Source of the DNA: Moniliella sp. 'wahieum'
Lineage: Eukaryota
DNA: 64,000 bases
Direction: 5' to 3'
Assembly: GCA_003971905.1 (NCBI GenBank)
Contig: RSEE01000001.1
Location: 868,001 to 932,000 of the forward strand
The notes under the pieces were generated by a model. That model saw only the letters and a list, made by a program, of their open reading frames with translations, was not told the origin of the DNA and made no database searches. Position numbers and translations under genes: made by a program. Shown here in pieces: positions 1 to 11,944 of the stretch. The first letter of the stretch is position 1. Every line of letters starts with the position of its first letter.

Positions 1-5
1 CTGCT

Positions 6-1506
6 TTGGCCTCGTTAGAGCAGGCCATTCTTTCCAACCCTACGTGGCCTGCTATCCCTGGGCAGGGCAAGTGGGCTGGCCTGCCCCCGGAGCTCAGACC
101 AATTTTTGCACAGATGGAGGAGGTCAGCTACGAAGGCTCCATTGGCTGGTGGCTTAACCTCGTCGCCATTGGCGCCATTGGGTTCGACTGGATTGTCTCT
201 CTCCCTTCTGATATCAAGTTTGTGTTTTGGCCCGAAATCCGCCGCGTCTTTTGCCTTGACAGTACCTCCGAATCGAGGCAAAGGCGGTATCGGCTGCCTC
301 ATCCCATCATTATCTGCCACTTTTTCTGTCGCATCCTCGTTCCCGCGTATTTTGGCGCGCTGATTAACTACTGGCGCGTTTCCACGTCGTGCGCCTCCGC
401 CTTACGTGGGCAATTGAGCATGGTGGCCATTCTGACCATCTGTGGTCAGATGCTCTTGACGTTCCGCTCCATGGCCATTACCCGTTCACTTTCTTTCCAC
501 CGCATTCTCTGGGCCTTCCTCTGGACCTGCAATGTGGCCATTGGTGTTATCTGGTTGTACTTTGCCTTTGACACCACCACTACCACGTACGTCCCCTCTC
601 CATCATACATACTCTAACCGTCTCTAACTCGCGTATTCATTCAGGTTGCCGAACGTTGAGCCACTTGGCTTTAGGTTTGGTTTCCGGTGCGGCACCCCTC
701 AATCAAAGCGGTACTTGCCCGTCTGCTTTTACTCCATCACTGTGGTCATGGATACAACGATGTATCTTTCCTCTTTGTTCGTGATTCAAACCACATTTGT
801 ACAGCCCACTATCACAACCGCTAAGCAACGTTACCCTTTCCTTGCATCCATCCGCTCTGTGGCACGCTACACGTACTGGTGCCTGGTGGGCGTCGACAAG
901 TCTAGTTTGACCGGAACTTCGGCGGTTGCAGCTACGTTCATTGCCGATGGCGCACGGTATCTCCTCATTGCTTGGGCGTTGGAAACTGTGGGGATTGTGT
1001 TCGCCATTCGCTTTGTCCTCACTCAGGCCCATCCAAATCAGGTCAAGATGGCATGGATGCTCCCCTTCCATGCTATTGTGTATGCCACAATCGTGCCCAA
1101 GGTACGTTCCGGCTTCCAAACTTTTTCTTTCTTGTTTTGAGATACTGATGGCCCACATTCCAACCCATAGACTGTTGTCTCTCTTAAGCGTGTGAGCTGG
1201 ATTGAGCGCATGATTGCTCGTCGGAACATGGACGAACCCTCGGAACCCTTCGAGTCGGAATCGAACGATCCGCGTCGGAACGATGGGGTTGCGATCCGAA
1301 GCGTCGTCCAGCAACATACCGACGTCCACCCCGGTGCTTTTGCCACCTACCGGCCCAACCTGGTCGAAGATATTGTTCGGCAAATCCCCAGCACCGGCGG
1401 GGAGAAAGAGAAGGACTCGCTTGACGGAAATTCTTTCCGGGCTAAGAGCGAGATGCCCTCGGAATCGGCCGAGTACCCTCCTCCCGGCCACGGCATGTTC
1501 TCCTAG
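6..1506 (+). CDS. Multi-pass membrane protein, DUF6533-like fungal family; 3 exons (<6-586, 645-1101, 1171-1506); 5' end may lie outside the window
   Basis: Introns 587-644 (GTACGT..CTAAC..CAG) and 1102-1170 (GTACGT..CTGAT..TAG) join ORFs 6-617, 646-1140 and 1192-1506 in frame. Several hydrophobic helices are present, and FDWIVSLPSDIKFVFW resembles the YDYxLTLxxEixxiW motif. Confidence 0.7.
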
Positions 1507-2115
1507 ACCTCACTAGGCCCTTGTTCTGTCGGGGTGCAAACCACTGCCTTCCGTGGGTACGCCTTTTCGACGTTCACCATACCCTCTTCTTTTCTCCCTT
1601 TGCTAGGCTCCCTGCCTGTGTTGGCCCAATACGTTGCTAGTGTTACTTTTTTTGCTTGTTTGCCATTGCTCCTCTTTTGTTTCCTTCCCACCATACTAGT
1701 AGGTTGGTCCCAATTACTGTTTTCCAGCAAGAATGTATCAGAATGTGTCTCCTCTGCTTTCCTCATATCAACGCTATGACTTTTTTCTCCTGTCGTTATG
1801 CCAAAGGGTAAAGCGACAAATGCTCTTTTATTGTGCGTTTTGAGCCACGGTGGGCAGTGCTTTCGGCCAGTGAAAATCAGCGACTTCCAAAAACTGTTGA
1901 CATGCGCAAAAAAATAAGCAGGTATCTGCCGTGCAAAAGTGGATGCGGTTGAGTACTATATAGCCAGGGAGCAGCTATTCACCGCGACATGATGTCGTTC
2001 ACCCCCAACGCCCAACCCCTCTCTTGCGCTACTGCAAGCGAAAGTGCATATAGGCAATGAATTAGCTCGCTATGATTCACCGAATCGGGCTAGACTTAAA
2101 AAAAGTGCAAAAAGC

Positions 2116-2199
2116 GGGGTACGCCCGGGATTGAACCGAGGACCTCCTCTATTATTGAGGTAAACCCAAAGAGGCATGATACCACTACACCACGTACCC
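2116..2199 (-). tRNA. tRNA-Pro with short intron (anticodon probably TGG; reads GGG as assembled)
   Basis: The minus strand reads GGGTACG TG GTGTAGTGGTATCAT G CCTCT TTGGG [intron] AGAGG AGGTC CTCGG TTCAAT CCCGGG CGTACCC C. Acceptor, D, anticodon and T arms pair, and an oligo-T Pol III terminator follows. Confidence 0.9.
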
Positions 2200-2921
2200 A
2201 CATGTACGTTCAGCGTGTCCCGGTCCTGTTCTGCTAATTCCCTGGGATCTTGCTAACTAGAAAACGATGGGGAAAGGAGTATTCATAATGGAAGTCAGGT
2301 GTTGACTCTCAGCCCTCGTTTCCTCCGCGTAGACCTCACTACGATGGAGAAGCACATTATGAACATGGTGAGGCTGGCACCCTGGCAAACGACGCCCGAC
2401 CTTCCTCCGTCACCCCCATATGCTGAGAAGCGCGAACTTGAACCTGGGGAAGCGACAGACCATGATATGAATATCAGCAGAAAAATCCAGCGAACCTGCG
2501 ACTCAGTCATCCTGGCGCTGCACCTTCATGAACGTCATGACCGTTACAAACATCTGCGAGAGATCCCACTGCTAATAGACGATTGAGTGTCTTCATCTGA
2601 AGTGCAGGTTTGGCATTGCTTGCTGCATGTCGAATGCACAGAATATGTGCCCTTCCCGAGTACCATTTTGCAGCCAACCCCGGCATCTCTAGTAAGGGTG
2701 ACTATGGTCAGTAATCAGTGTCAAGGTCAAATGTGCATGTTACAATCATTGAAGTCCGATTGTATCCAGCCACAACCGCCAACAGCCAAACCGGGCTGTA
2801 TTTCCAAGGGAGACAGGCCCCTACATACAACGGTAACACTGTGCAACCCTTCGCCGATCAGCGCACTTATGGCCGTCGTTACTGCAATAGCCTGGTCGTA
2901 CCTTGCCACTGCCTGGGCAGA

Positions 2922-3568
2922 TCAGAGCACCCGCACGTACGAGCTCGGCACGATTCCTTCTCTTGCCTGGCCATCCTGGCTGCGTGCTCTCCACCAATCG
3001 TCTGAGATCTTCTCAATCAGCGTCACCCGCTCGCCCTTGGCTAACGCGAGGTCCTCCGATTCGGATTTGGGGTATCTGCGCCCGCGTCAGCTGCGTGATT
3101 CATCATCATCCTCCTTCTTCCGGGCTGCTCCACGCTCAACACGGAGTGGGTACGTACGCATAGATCGCTTCCGCTTCGCCAATACTGTCGGGATCCTTGG
3201 CGGGCATCGTGCGCGCAGGTGACGAACGCGTGGGAGGGGGCATGCCACCGGCCTAAACACGTCCAGCACTCTATTAGTCATTTCCATCGGCAAACAGTAA
3301 GGGCGGGGACGTACAGCAGCGAGAAAGGGAGACGGTTTGCTCCCCTAGGGGCGGGAGGAGAGCTGTAAGAGGGTTGCGACACGGCAGGGGCCAAGCCAGA
3401 GCCGCCCTGGGCGCGCAGCTCCTCCCCGAGCCGGACAGGATCTAGGTGAGGGCGCTGGGCAAAGTACCTGCGCATGTCAGCTCAGTAGGCGCGTAGATTG
3501 AGATAAGCGCACTCGTCCAAAATGGAGAAGAAGGCCGTCTTCTCAGATGGGGGCAGGTCGAAGGACAT
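2922..3568 (-). CDS. Small C-terminal SH3-domain protein (multi-exon)
   Basis: Starts MSFDLPPSEKTAFFSILDE/intron/YFAQRPHL. The spliced C-terminus EAEAIYA/YPKSESEDLALAKGERVTLIEKISDDWWRARSQDGQAREGIVPSSYVRVL* carries the SH3 signatures (AxY, EDL, WW, GxxPxxYV). Confidence 0.85.
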
Positions 3569-3760
3569 GGTGGAGGTGGGGGTGGCGAGGGAGGCGGGGG
3601 CGCTGGAGGCGCTGGGGTTGGTGGGGCGCTGCGCAGCACAGCACAAATACGATGGAATTAGTTGGCACTGCCAATTCCGCCCCCATCGTCGCTGGTTCGC
3701 TCCTGCGTCTGTGCTCCCTTCCACCGCCCGCCGCTGTCCCCCATCTACTCGCTCTAGGCC

Positions 3761-5315
3761 ATGCCCGCACCCGATCCCGTACCCCTCGACGTGGGCGGGC
3801 GCTATTCGCTCCCTCTTTCGCTTGCCACCGGCCAGCCTCTGCCGGTACGCCTCCTCGCCAACACCGACGGCGCGGCTCCTGTTCCCGCGCCTGCCACCCA
3901 CGCCCATCTCAGCAGCACCAGCGCGCGTGCAGCCGCCGAACGCGCTGCCGTGGCACTCCTGGCTGAGCAAGGATTCGATGGGGCGAACGCGTCTGCGCTT
4001 CCGGTGGTGTGGATGCAATGGGTGCCTTCATCAGACAAGTCGCGCGCCTAGCCCAGGAGAACTTTGCCGAGCCTTCTCACCGCCCCCGCCCGGTCCTACA
4101 CGATGGCGTTGCAGCTCTGTGGGATGTGGGAGGCCCCCTCGCGCCGCCACAGCTCAAATTGTATGCGCAAAAGAAGGGCGCGCGACCAGCACGCTCTGAC
4201 CGCTCGTTTCAGACATCGCCACCGCCTGCTGTTCCGCGATCCCCGCCCCCCATCCCGCTCGAGGTAACTCCTACCCCGCCCCCCCTCTGGGCTGACCCGG
4301 GGGTCGGCTTTCTGACGGCAGAGGGGGACCTGGAACCCGAACGCCCGGTCCAGCCGGACCGGGAAGAGGTTCCGATCCCTGGCAAGGTAGGCGCGTTCCG
4401 GTCCGCAATTCGGGCCTTCCCCCCTCTCCCGCCGGGATACACGTACAAACCTCCTGAGGGCGAGAGTGAGAGTGGCTTTACGGGTGCACGGCCTTCCTCG
4501 GCCCTTGTTGCGGTCGAGAAGGCATGGACCAAGTCCCAGCTGACCCAAGCCAGTCTCAAGTCCCTCATCCGTCGGATCGATGCCGCAACCCAAGGTGGAC
4601 CCTTTACCTCAGACAACCAGCCTAGCCCCCTCCTGCCTCTGGCCTCACTGTCGCACCTCCCGCCCCACCTCCCACCCTAGGCCCTGCCTCGCTGCCTGTA
4701 CGCGCTGCAACTGCTACTGGCGAGGCACCCAAGCCAGAACCCGATCTATCACAAGACGCTCCGCTCCCCATGGATTTGGACTCCAGTCCTCTTACGTCCC
4801 ACTCTGCCCTTCCCACTGATGAAGAGGTGCGACGGAAACGGATGAAGTTGACGCTATCCACCAACCCTTCCCAGATGGAAAGAGAACGGGCTGGGAGGCC
4901 GGCGGGGGTGAGTGGGCAAGCATCAGGCCGCCACGCGGGTGTCGGCCTGTCGATCGTTGTACCGCAAGAAGATGGACTGCCCTCTCGATCCTCCATTCCC
5001 TCGGCTCCAGCAGGCATGGGCACTGCCCCCAACTCTGCGTTGGCTAGCGCCGCCCCACTCCGGGCCCCCTCTGCGCCCTTGCTCCACCTCACCCGTAGCC
5101 CATTCGCATTCCCACCCCCTTCACCCGTATCGACGAGCTTTGTTCGCGCCTGGCAAGAGGCGCACCACCCGTCCCCGATGACCCCGGTCACCCCAGCCTT
5201 GCCCGCCCCTACCCCCCTGCCTGTCGAAGACTTCACCCCAGGCTCCTTGCCAGGTGTGGTCAACTTCAAGTCCGCCTGGTTTGCTCCCCGCGTGGCCCGA
5301 CGCGCACACCATTGA
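3761..5315 (+). CDS. TAF8: TFIID subunit 8 (bromodomain-associated histone fold + TAF8_C), with assembly frameshifts
   Basis: AAVALLAEQGFDGANASAL..DAMGAFIRQVARLAQ..SHRPRPVLHD matches the Bromo_TP histone fold. FPPLPPGYTYK...SQLTQASLKSL matches TAF8_C. A Pro/Ser-rich tail follows. Confidence 0.75.
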
Positions 5316-5477
5316 ATCCATTCGCCGTTACCTTGGTTGGAGAGGCCGAGTTTCCTGTCGCTCACCCTGTGCTGGTTGTTCGCGAGCTGTGCTATGTGCC
5401 CAACTCAACTACGTGCCTATAGGCTGGAGCTCGGGAGAAGGGATCGAGGAAGGCAGTGTAATGGGTATTCGATATTC

Positions 5478-8400
5478 TTAGTTTTGCAGCAACGCCAGCG
5501 CCGCCAGCGCCGGGCCATTCTCGTCGCGAAAGAGGAGGTGCTCCAAATTGGAACGGCTGGACCAGGCACGTTGCGATCGCAAGATCATCGCTTGTTGCGC
5601 TGCGAACTTGCGCCCTTCCCTCTCAAACCGCCCTGTGGGTCGTTTGAGCTCCGGCCCCAGCACCCCCAACAGTGTATCCAAGTCCTCCAGAATCGCCTGC
5701 AGCACCTCGGCCACCTCACTTGTCGGTAGCGTTGCTGCAGCCCAAGGTGGGGAGGAGCGGAGCGAGGTGGCAGCTGAATTGGAAGTATTGCGGAACAATG
5801 GTGAGCTCTTAAACCCGGGCAGCGCATGCAGCACCGACTCGATCATCCGTCGATTGCTCTGCAGGAGGTGAAACGCTTGCGCCAGGTCCCGCTGGGCGAC
5901 CAGCAGGCCATTGGTTACCAAGCTTGATGTGAGCGTTTCCATGGTGCGCCGTGTCACGGCGGGGTGGGCCAGGGCGGCAGCCTGGGCGGCTGAGAGGCCT
6001 TGGGTGGGGTCGCACCTTACCCCGTCAAGTTCCGTACTGAATTCGAGCGGGTGAGGGAAATGGGTAACCGAGAGCAGCGTTTGGGGGTCGCGGTAGGCCA
6101 GGTCGGCCGTCAAGATCGGTACCTCCACCACGTCCACTACCCCCAGCTGGCGGCGATCGAGCAGCGCGGGTCAAAGCCGAACTGGGCTAGGTAGTCGTCT
6201 TCCCCGTTCAGCTCTCCACCCCGCAGGTGGAGGGGCGGGCACTGGGGCTGGGTGCTCCGATGGAGCTCGTCAAAGTCAAAAAACAGTTCCAACAAAATCT
6301 CTCGTTTTTGTCCTAAAGCAATCGAGCCGATTGGCACCTCGATCAACTTCCCGCCCTCGTCGACGAGCTGGGATGATGAGCCATGCTTGGGTTTGCGTGC
6401 AAATTGGGGTGGAGGCCAACTTGATTCGCAGCACCACATCCGTCATGCCTGTCGAGAGCAGCGAGCCTACGCACCCGCTTAGGCAAACGCGTAATTCAGA
6501 CGTCCGACGGAGGAAAGTGTAGGATCCCTTGGTGTGCGATGCAATGAGCCACAGGGAGCTGGGATCGTGCGCGGGGCCCAGACCAAAGCAGTGCACAGGG
6601 CAAGATGCCATCTCAGCCCGGGAAAGAACCAGGTCCATGGCTGCGCGGCGAGGCCCGGTGGGACAGTCATCTACCATCAGGATGGCCGACACTGGGTTCC
6701 GACTCGTCCGTTGCAGCACATCCAGCGCCACATTGAGTGCAGCAGCCGTGTCAATGTGATCAGACGTGCCCCCAGCTGGGCGGTGTCCTCAATATAGGCG
6801 GCCATGTTCGGGCGTCGCCGTCGCAAGCAAGTCCAAGAAAGCAACAAGCTTCTCGCGGCTTTGGGGCAACCCAGGTCGAAGCAGACGCGTCTTGGCAACG
6901 AAGCCACCTTCAGAGCAGCGGTTGGAATGGTAGGCCACAATGCTCACCCTGCTCTTCTCTCCTACCGCATCCAAAAGGAAAAGCAAAGTGGATCGAAGCA
7001 TGCCTAGCTTGAGCGCATTGTGAAGAAAGCTCCCCCTCCGACGTCGCAGTGGGATGGCCACGGCGAAGATAAGTCAATGGATGCGTGTGGTACAGACTAG
7101 GTGCCTCGATAGGCACTTCGGGGGTAATGCGTAGCGTTCCATCGGGTCCGTGGGGGGGGATGGATGGCAGAGCAGTTTGGGGGAGCGGGGGTGGCAAGGA
7201 ACGGGGCGCGGGAGGCACAGCCGATTTCTCTCCAGGAGAAGTAAGGAAACACGAGAAGGCTTCCATCCAGCCGAGTCGATGGATGGAGACCCAAGCTCTC
7301 ATCAGTCAATGGGCCCGAACCAAGGGGATCCGGGGTAGAGATCATCTCCTCCGTACGGCCAGTGAGGTCGTGTCCGCGTGGCAGTGGGACTTTCTCCCCG
7401 GGGTTTCGGATAATAAATCAAAGCTCTAACCGTCCCCCACAATCGGGCTTGCTCATCCGAATGGAAAACCATCACGAGTCAGATAGGGTATCGTCAATCA
7501 TCTTGATCCTCAGTGCGGGCTGGGTGGGAGACGAATTATTGATGACGGAACGGATGTGGCGGAGGTAAATGTCTTTCAGCTTGAGTGCAGAGGGGGTGGC
7601 ACAGAAGGTGGAGGCGCCGGGGAACGCATCATCAAAGAGAGAGTGGGGCACACTCACGTATCTGCTTGCCCGTTTCCTCCTGTCCTCCAATGTGCACAAA
7701 ATCGCTTCTTCAAGCAGGTAAACTCCGAACTGTCGTACCGTTGTATCTTGAAGCACGTCCAGCGTGTCAAAGTAGTGCAGCTCGCCAAAGTGATCGAGAT
7801 GGTGTCCTTTCCAACCGACAATGCGTTGGTCCAAGTCGAGCTTGACTTGGTCGCGTAACGACTCACCTGTCAGCGGCAGAGCCATTTTGCACGAGGGCGA
7901 AAAACTGCCGCCCTCGTCAAGGAGATGGTAGGGTTGTTTGGTGGCTCCTTCGTATACACTTGCCTCTTCTGAACCTGTTACCGGATGAGTTGCCACTGCG
8001 ATCGGGGGAGGGTGAGGGAGGCAGTCAGGCAGCGTCGAATTGGTAACGGCCGAGAGCGTGCTGACTGGGCGACTAGAGCTTCCATTGTGGGAGTGACGCT
8101 GAAGTGTGCGACCGGGTCCAGGCCCGTACTCGTGTGGTGGTCTCCGTCCTGCTAGAGCCACGCTGATGAGAAGATTGAGTCGTTGTTGTCCATCGGGTCC
8201 AGGTTCCCGTCGATAGATGGGTGTAAAGTCGGACGTTATGCCCATTTCGGGTTGAACAATGGTCGACGCCATCCGCACTGGCTCGGCCTTGTCGTCTCCG
8301 TTGCTATCAGATGTCAGGACACGGCTGGAGGAAGCATCGGGGGAGTGTGAGGTGCGAGTGGAAAGGTGGGCTGAGCCCATTAGCGCTGCCGACTTGGAGA

Positions 8401-9184
8401 TGGTTCCCTCCCCACCGAGGACAATGCGTTTCCTACACACCTGGCATAGCAGCTCGTCATCGTTCCTCGGCAGTGGACCTGGGGAGTCTTGCAGCAGTCG
8501 AAGCCGCTCCCTTCGTTCCTGTGCTGCCAAAACAGTTTTGGGATCGCCATAAGCGGCGGTGAAACAGTCGTGGTGAATCGTATGCCCACAGTTGGGTACA
8601 ACGTGTTGCCTCTCTCCCTTGAGGCGAAGCGAGAGCGCCTCCAAACAGATGGGGCACTCGGGCTCATCATACACATCCAGCACTGACTGAATGGGCACGC
8701 CGCTTGGTATAAAAGCTATTGGAGATGCCCCGCGACTGCTGGCGTGACGCTCGAAAGCAGGTGCGGTGACCTGGGTTTGGCTCAAACAGCGGCTGCTGAG
8801 CGATGCACACTCAGACGAAGAAGCGACTGTCGAGGTTTCCACGCTGGGAGAGTGTGTGAGGCGACCTGTGGAGAGGTTGGGGGCAAGGTCGGAACTGGTG
8901 GTAGAGTTGCCTCCGGATCGGTAGGTCGAGGGCACGGGAGAGGGCGCGAGTGAGGGGGAAATGGGCCGCGGGGGGAGAGGTGTAGTGGCCATACCATTGG
9001 GTGAGTTTATCCGCTCTCTTCGCCCAAGCAGACTAGCAAAGCGGCTAGAGCGTTTTCCAGTCGGCACCGAGGCGGGAGGGGAAAGCTGAGCGGGCACTTG
9101 GCGTACGGGACGGAACTGGGGGAAGCGGAGCATGGATGGGCCAGGCGCGGACGCTGCAGATGTGGTTGGAATCGAGGGATGCAC
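5478..9184 (-). CDS. FAR1: Far1/Ste5-type RING-H2 + PH + vWA signalling scaffold (frameshifted in assembly)
   Basis: RING-H2 CPICLEAL..CGHTIHHDC..CQVCR; PH-like FGELHYFDTLDV..VYLLEEAILC; vWA-like KLGMLRSTLLFLLDAVGEKSRVSIVAY, AILMVDD and PVHCFGLGPAHDPSSLWLIASHTKGSYTF. This domain order is characteristic of Far1/Ste5. Confidence 0.8.
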
Positions 9185-10537
9185 GCCGGATGGAGCGGAA
9201 GGTGAGTGATAAATACCTGCGGGAGAGGGTGGTCTTCAGTACATGACCATCGCAGGTGGGCGGGGTATACTGTACGCACCTCCCATCTCAAACTCCCACG
9301 GAGTGACTTGCGCAGCATAGGCCGAAGCAGGATCAGGCCCGACGAGGGCAGGACGAGGTGGCGGGGGCAGTGAGGTTAGTGAGGGCGGAGGAAGTGCTTC
9401 CGTCGGTGGGGAGGAAGGCTGGGCTGGACACGCTGGCCACAGGGACAGGGGGTGCTTTGTTGGAGGTGCGGCGCATCCGGACCATCGTTGGTCGAAGCAG
9501 CGGCGGCGGCGGGGTGTGGATGGATGGCGGTGTGGTGGTGGGCAAGGAGAGGCAAAGCGGACGACAGGAGGGCGGGACGGATGGCGGGGAGGAACGTCAG
9601 ATCTCAAAGAAGGAAAGTGGGGAAGGCGGGGGAGCGCAGCGCAGCACACTACTACTATCCGTGCACACATGCACATCTGCCCCCAGCAAGCGAACGCGTG
9701 GAGAAAGCCAGAGCCCAGCGAAACGCATGGACAGGGCACACTCGCCCCCTGCGCTTGCGCTCTCTGCGCGTGGCTGCAGCGGCCTGCTGCAGGCTGCCTT
9801 GGCACGGGCACTACACCAGTGCCAGCCAGACAGGGTCCAAGCGGGTGTGTGCCAGTGCGGCGCCACCCCTCGGCTCGGCAGCCAGCACCTGGGCCGGCGA
9901 CGCAGTGCCCCAGAGGACCCCACACGGCATGCTGCATAGCTCTCCCCAGCGTTGCCTGCCTTGCCCCCGCCCCCAGTGCCTGCCCACGCCGCCCAGGCCC
10001 CGTGGGCTCCCTCCTGCACCTGCACGCGGTGCGCCGCATGCCGCCTGCCACATGCCACATCCATGCCAACGCCAAACCCCGACCATACAGCGGCCAAAAG
10101 GTGGCATTCGATCGGCAATGCTTACTGCTTGGTGCCTGGCAATGCACAACGCCCTATCCGCTGTTGACAACGTCGACATCCGAGTTCAGAAGCCGAAATC
10201 GCCCCAGCTCCCCAACCAGACCTACGGGGCCTACAGGCCACCCTCCCCGCTCCCCGCTCCCCCTCATGGATCATCGATCGTCGACATCCCGCCCGCTGGG
10301 GGGCCATGCTGGCTATGCTCGACGTGCTCCCACCCGTCACACACACATGTACTCTTTCATACTGCATACACCCACCTGCCATGCAATGTGGCAAGCGTAT
10401 GTACATTCGTGCTTACGTACCTGCGTTTTTTCATGTTGCAGAGCCAATATGCATGGCCGATCGTGTGACATGTGGCATGTGCCTTCGACAGGTGAACGAA
10501 CGTACGTACGATGAATGTTATGCATGTTAACCCGTAC

Positions 10538-10574
10538 GTTGAACGTTAAATGTCAAACGTTAAATGTGTTAAAC
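10538..10574. repeat. 7-nt-period GTT(G/A)AAC-type array
   Basis: GTTGAAC GTTAAAT GTCAAAC GTTAAAT gt GTTAAAC. Confidence 0.75.
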
Positions 10575-11040
10575 TAGCTTCAATGGTGCAGCTGAAGCTT
10601 GAAGTTGATCCACGGCAAGCCGGCCAGCGCTAACCGGCGCTAATAACCGGGTAACCATGCTAAAAACCTCCACTTTTTTGACGTCCTTAGTACTGTTTTG
10701 TCGATTATTCCCAATTGCGCACGCCTTCCTCGGGCCCATGGCCTCGGGTTCGATGTCAGGATCTCAGATATCAGATCCAAGGGTACTCATTACTAGTGTC
10801 TTAGTTACCAGTGGCTGTCAGAAACGTCGCTGGAACCGTCGGGAGAGAAGATACGCCGCACTTGGCGGCCTCAGGCTGAACTACCCTGGTCGTGTTGCGC
10901 CTGGCTGCGCAGGCTGCGCTACTGCTCCACGCCCGCTTGAAAGCCATGCGGTTCTGGAATCCCACATCCCCCGCAAACTCTGCTGAAAGCGCTGAAGCAG
11001 GCTGAAGCTGAAGCTCTTGAAAAACTAAGTTCAACTGAAC

Positions 11041-11075
11041 GTTTAACACGTTTATAACACGTTTAACCGTTTAAC
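11041..11075. repeat. GTTTAAC array (inverted counterpart of the 10538-10574 array)
   Basis: GTTTAAC at 11041, 11061 and 11069, plus GTTTATAAC. Confidence 0.7.
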
Positions 11076-11944
11076 GAAGGTTCAGCCTGAGCACTTAGCC
11101 TGAGTGCCTGAACAATCATCAAATCATCGATTCGATCGCCGGTAAATATATTGTGAATCATGGTGACGATCACCTGTCCGAAAAGTGCTTCGGGAAGCTG
11201 AAGGGCCGCATATGTCCAAGTACTAAGTATAGGGATGCAAAAAAGGACTCATGGAGAGAAAAAAGATGGAGAGAAGGTTTGGGTTACTCCGGCCCGGTTG
11301 TTGTGGGTCTCAGATCTCATCGATCTCATGATAGAGGCCACGATTTTCCAATGATTAATGGGAAAAGATGCATGTGGTAACTCGAGGATCAGACCTCCAG
11401 ATGGTTGCATGCCGTGTATTCACATCAGACAGCGCTTGCCAAGGGCGGGCCAGGCCAGGGGGATTACCCAGGTTTGAGGGGTACAATCCCTTACAAGACG
11501 GAAGGACGACTCACGGTCGTTTCGGGCGTGGGCTATAAAAAGTTAGTTGGTGGATCCGAGAGAAGGAGAACTAAGAGCGAGGAGAGGCCTTTGGGCGTGA
11601 AGCCGAGGCGGCGGCATATGTGGCAAGGCGCATCCGCTTAGTAACGTGTGAATCCTCCGGGTCTTGGGGACGGATATAGAGGCAGTGGAAGAGAACAAAC
11701 GTTGCCAGAGTTGGGACGGAACAGGGGTTACTGGTGACGTGACTGGAAAGGAACCCAAGGGATAATCTGGTACGGGGACTCGACGAGGCTGAAAGAAGGC
11801 TCGCCCGACTGGGTAGATGGAAAGCTGAGGGACGAGGTTGGAAGACGAAGATGTAGCTAAATGGAGACGAGAAGTACTATAAATCAATTAACTGGAAACT
11901 AGTAATGGACGGAAGGGAAAACTAGGCATGGGCTAGCGGTGCTA

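Noticed and set aside
9236..10514. Several overlapping 170-340 aa ORFs on both strands
   Set aside because: GC-rich low-complexity DNA with few stops; the Cys/Ala/Pro/Arg-rich translations have no motifs. More likely the FAR1 5' UTR and promoter.
10742..10762. GGTTCGA as a tRNA T-loop / B-box
   Set aside because: No cloverleaf or convincing A-box, and the B-box consensus is incomplete.
11150..11930. Purine-rich stretch with TATAAAA as a possible solo LTR
   Set aside because: I could not identify TG..CA ends, a target-site duplication, a second copy or retroelement coding remnants.
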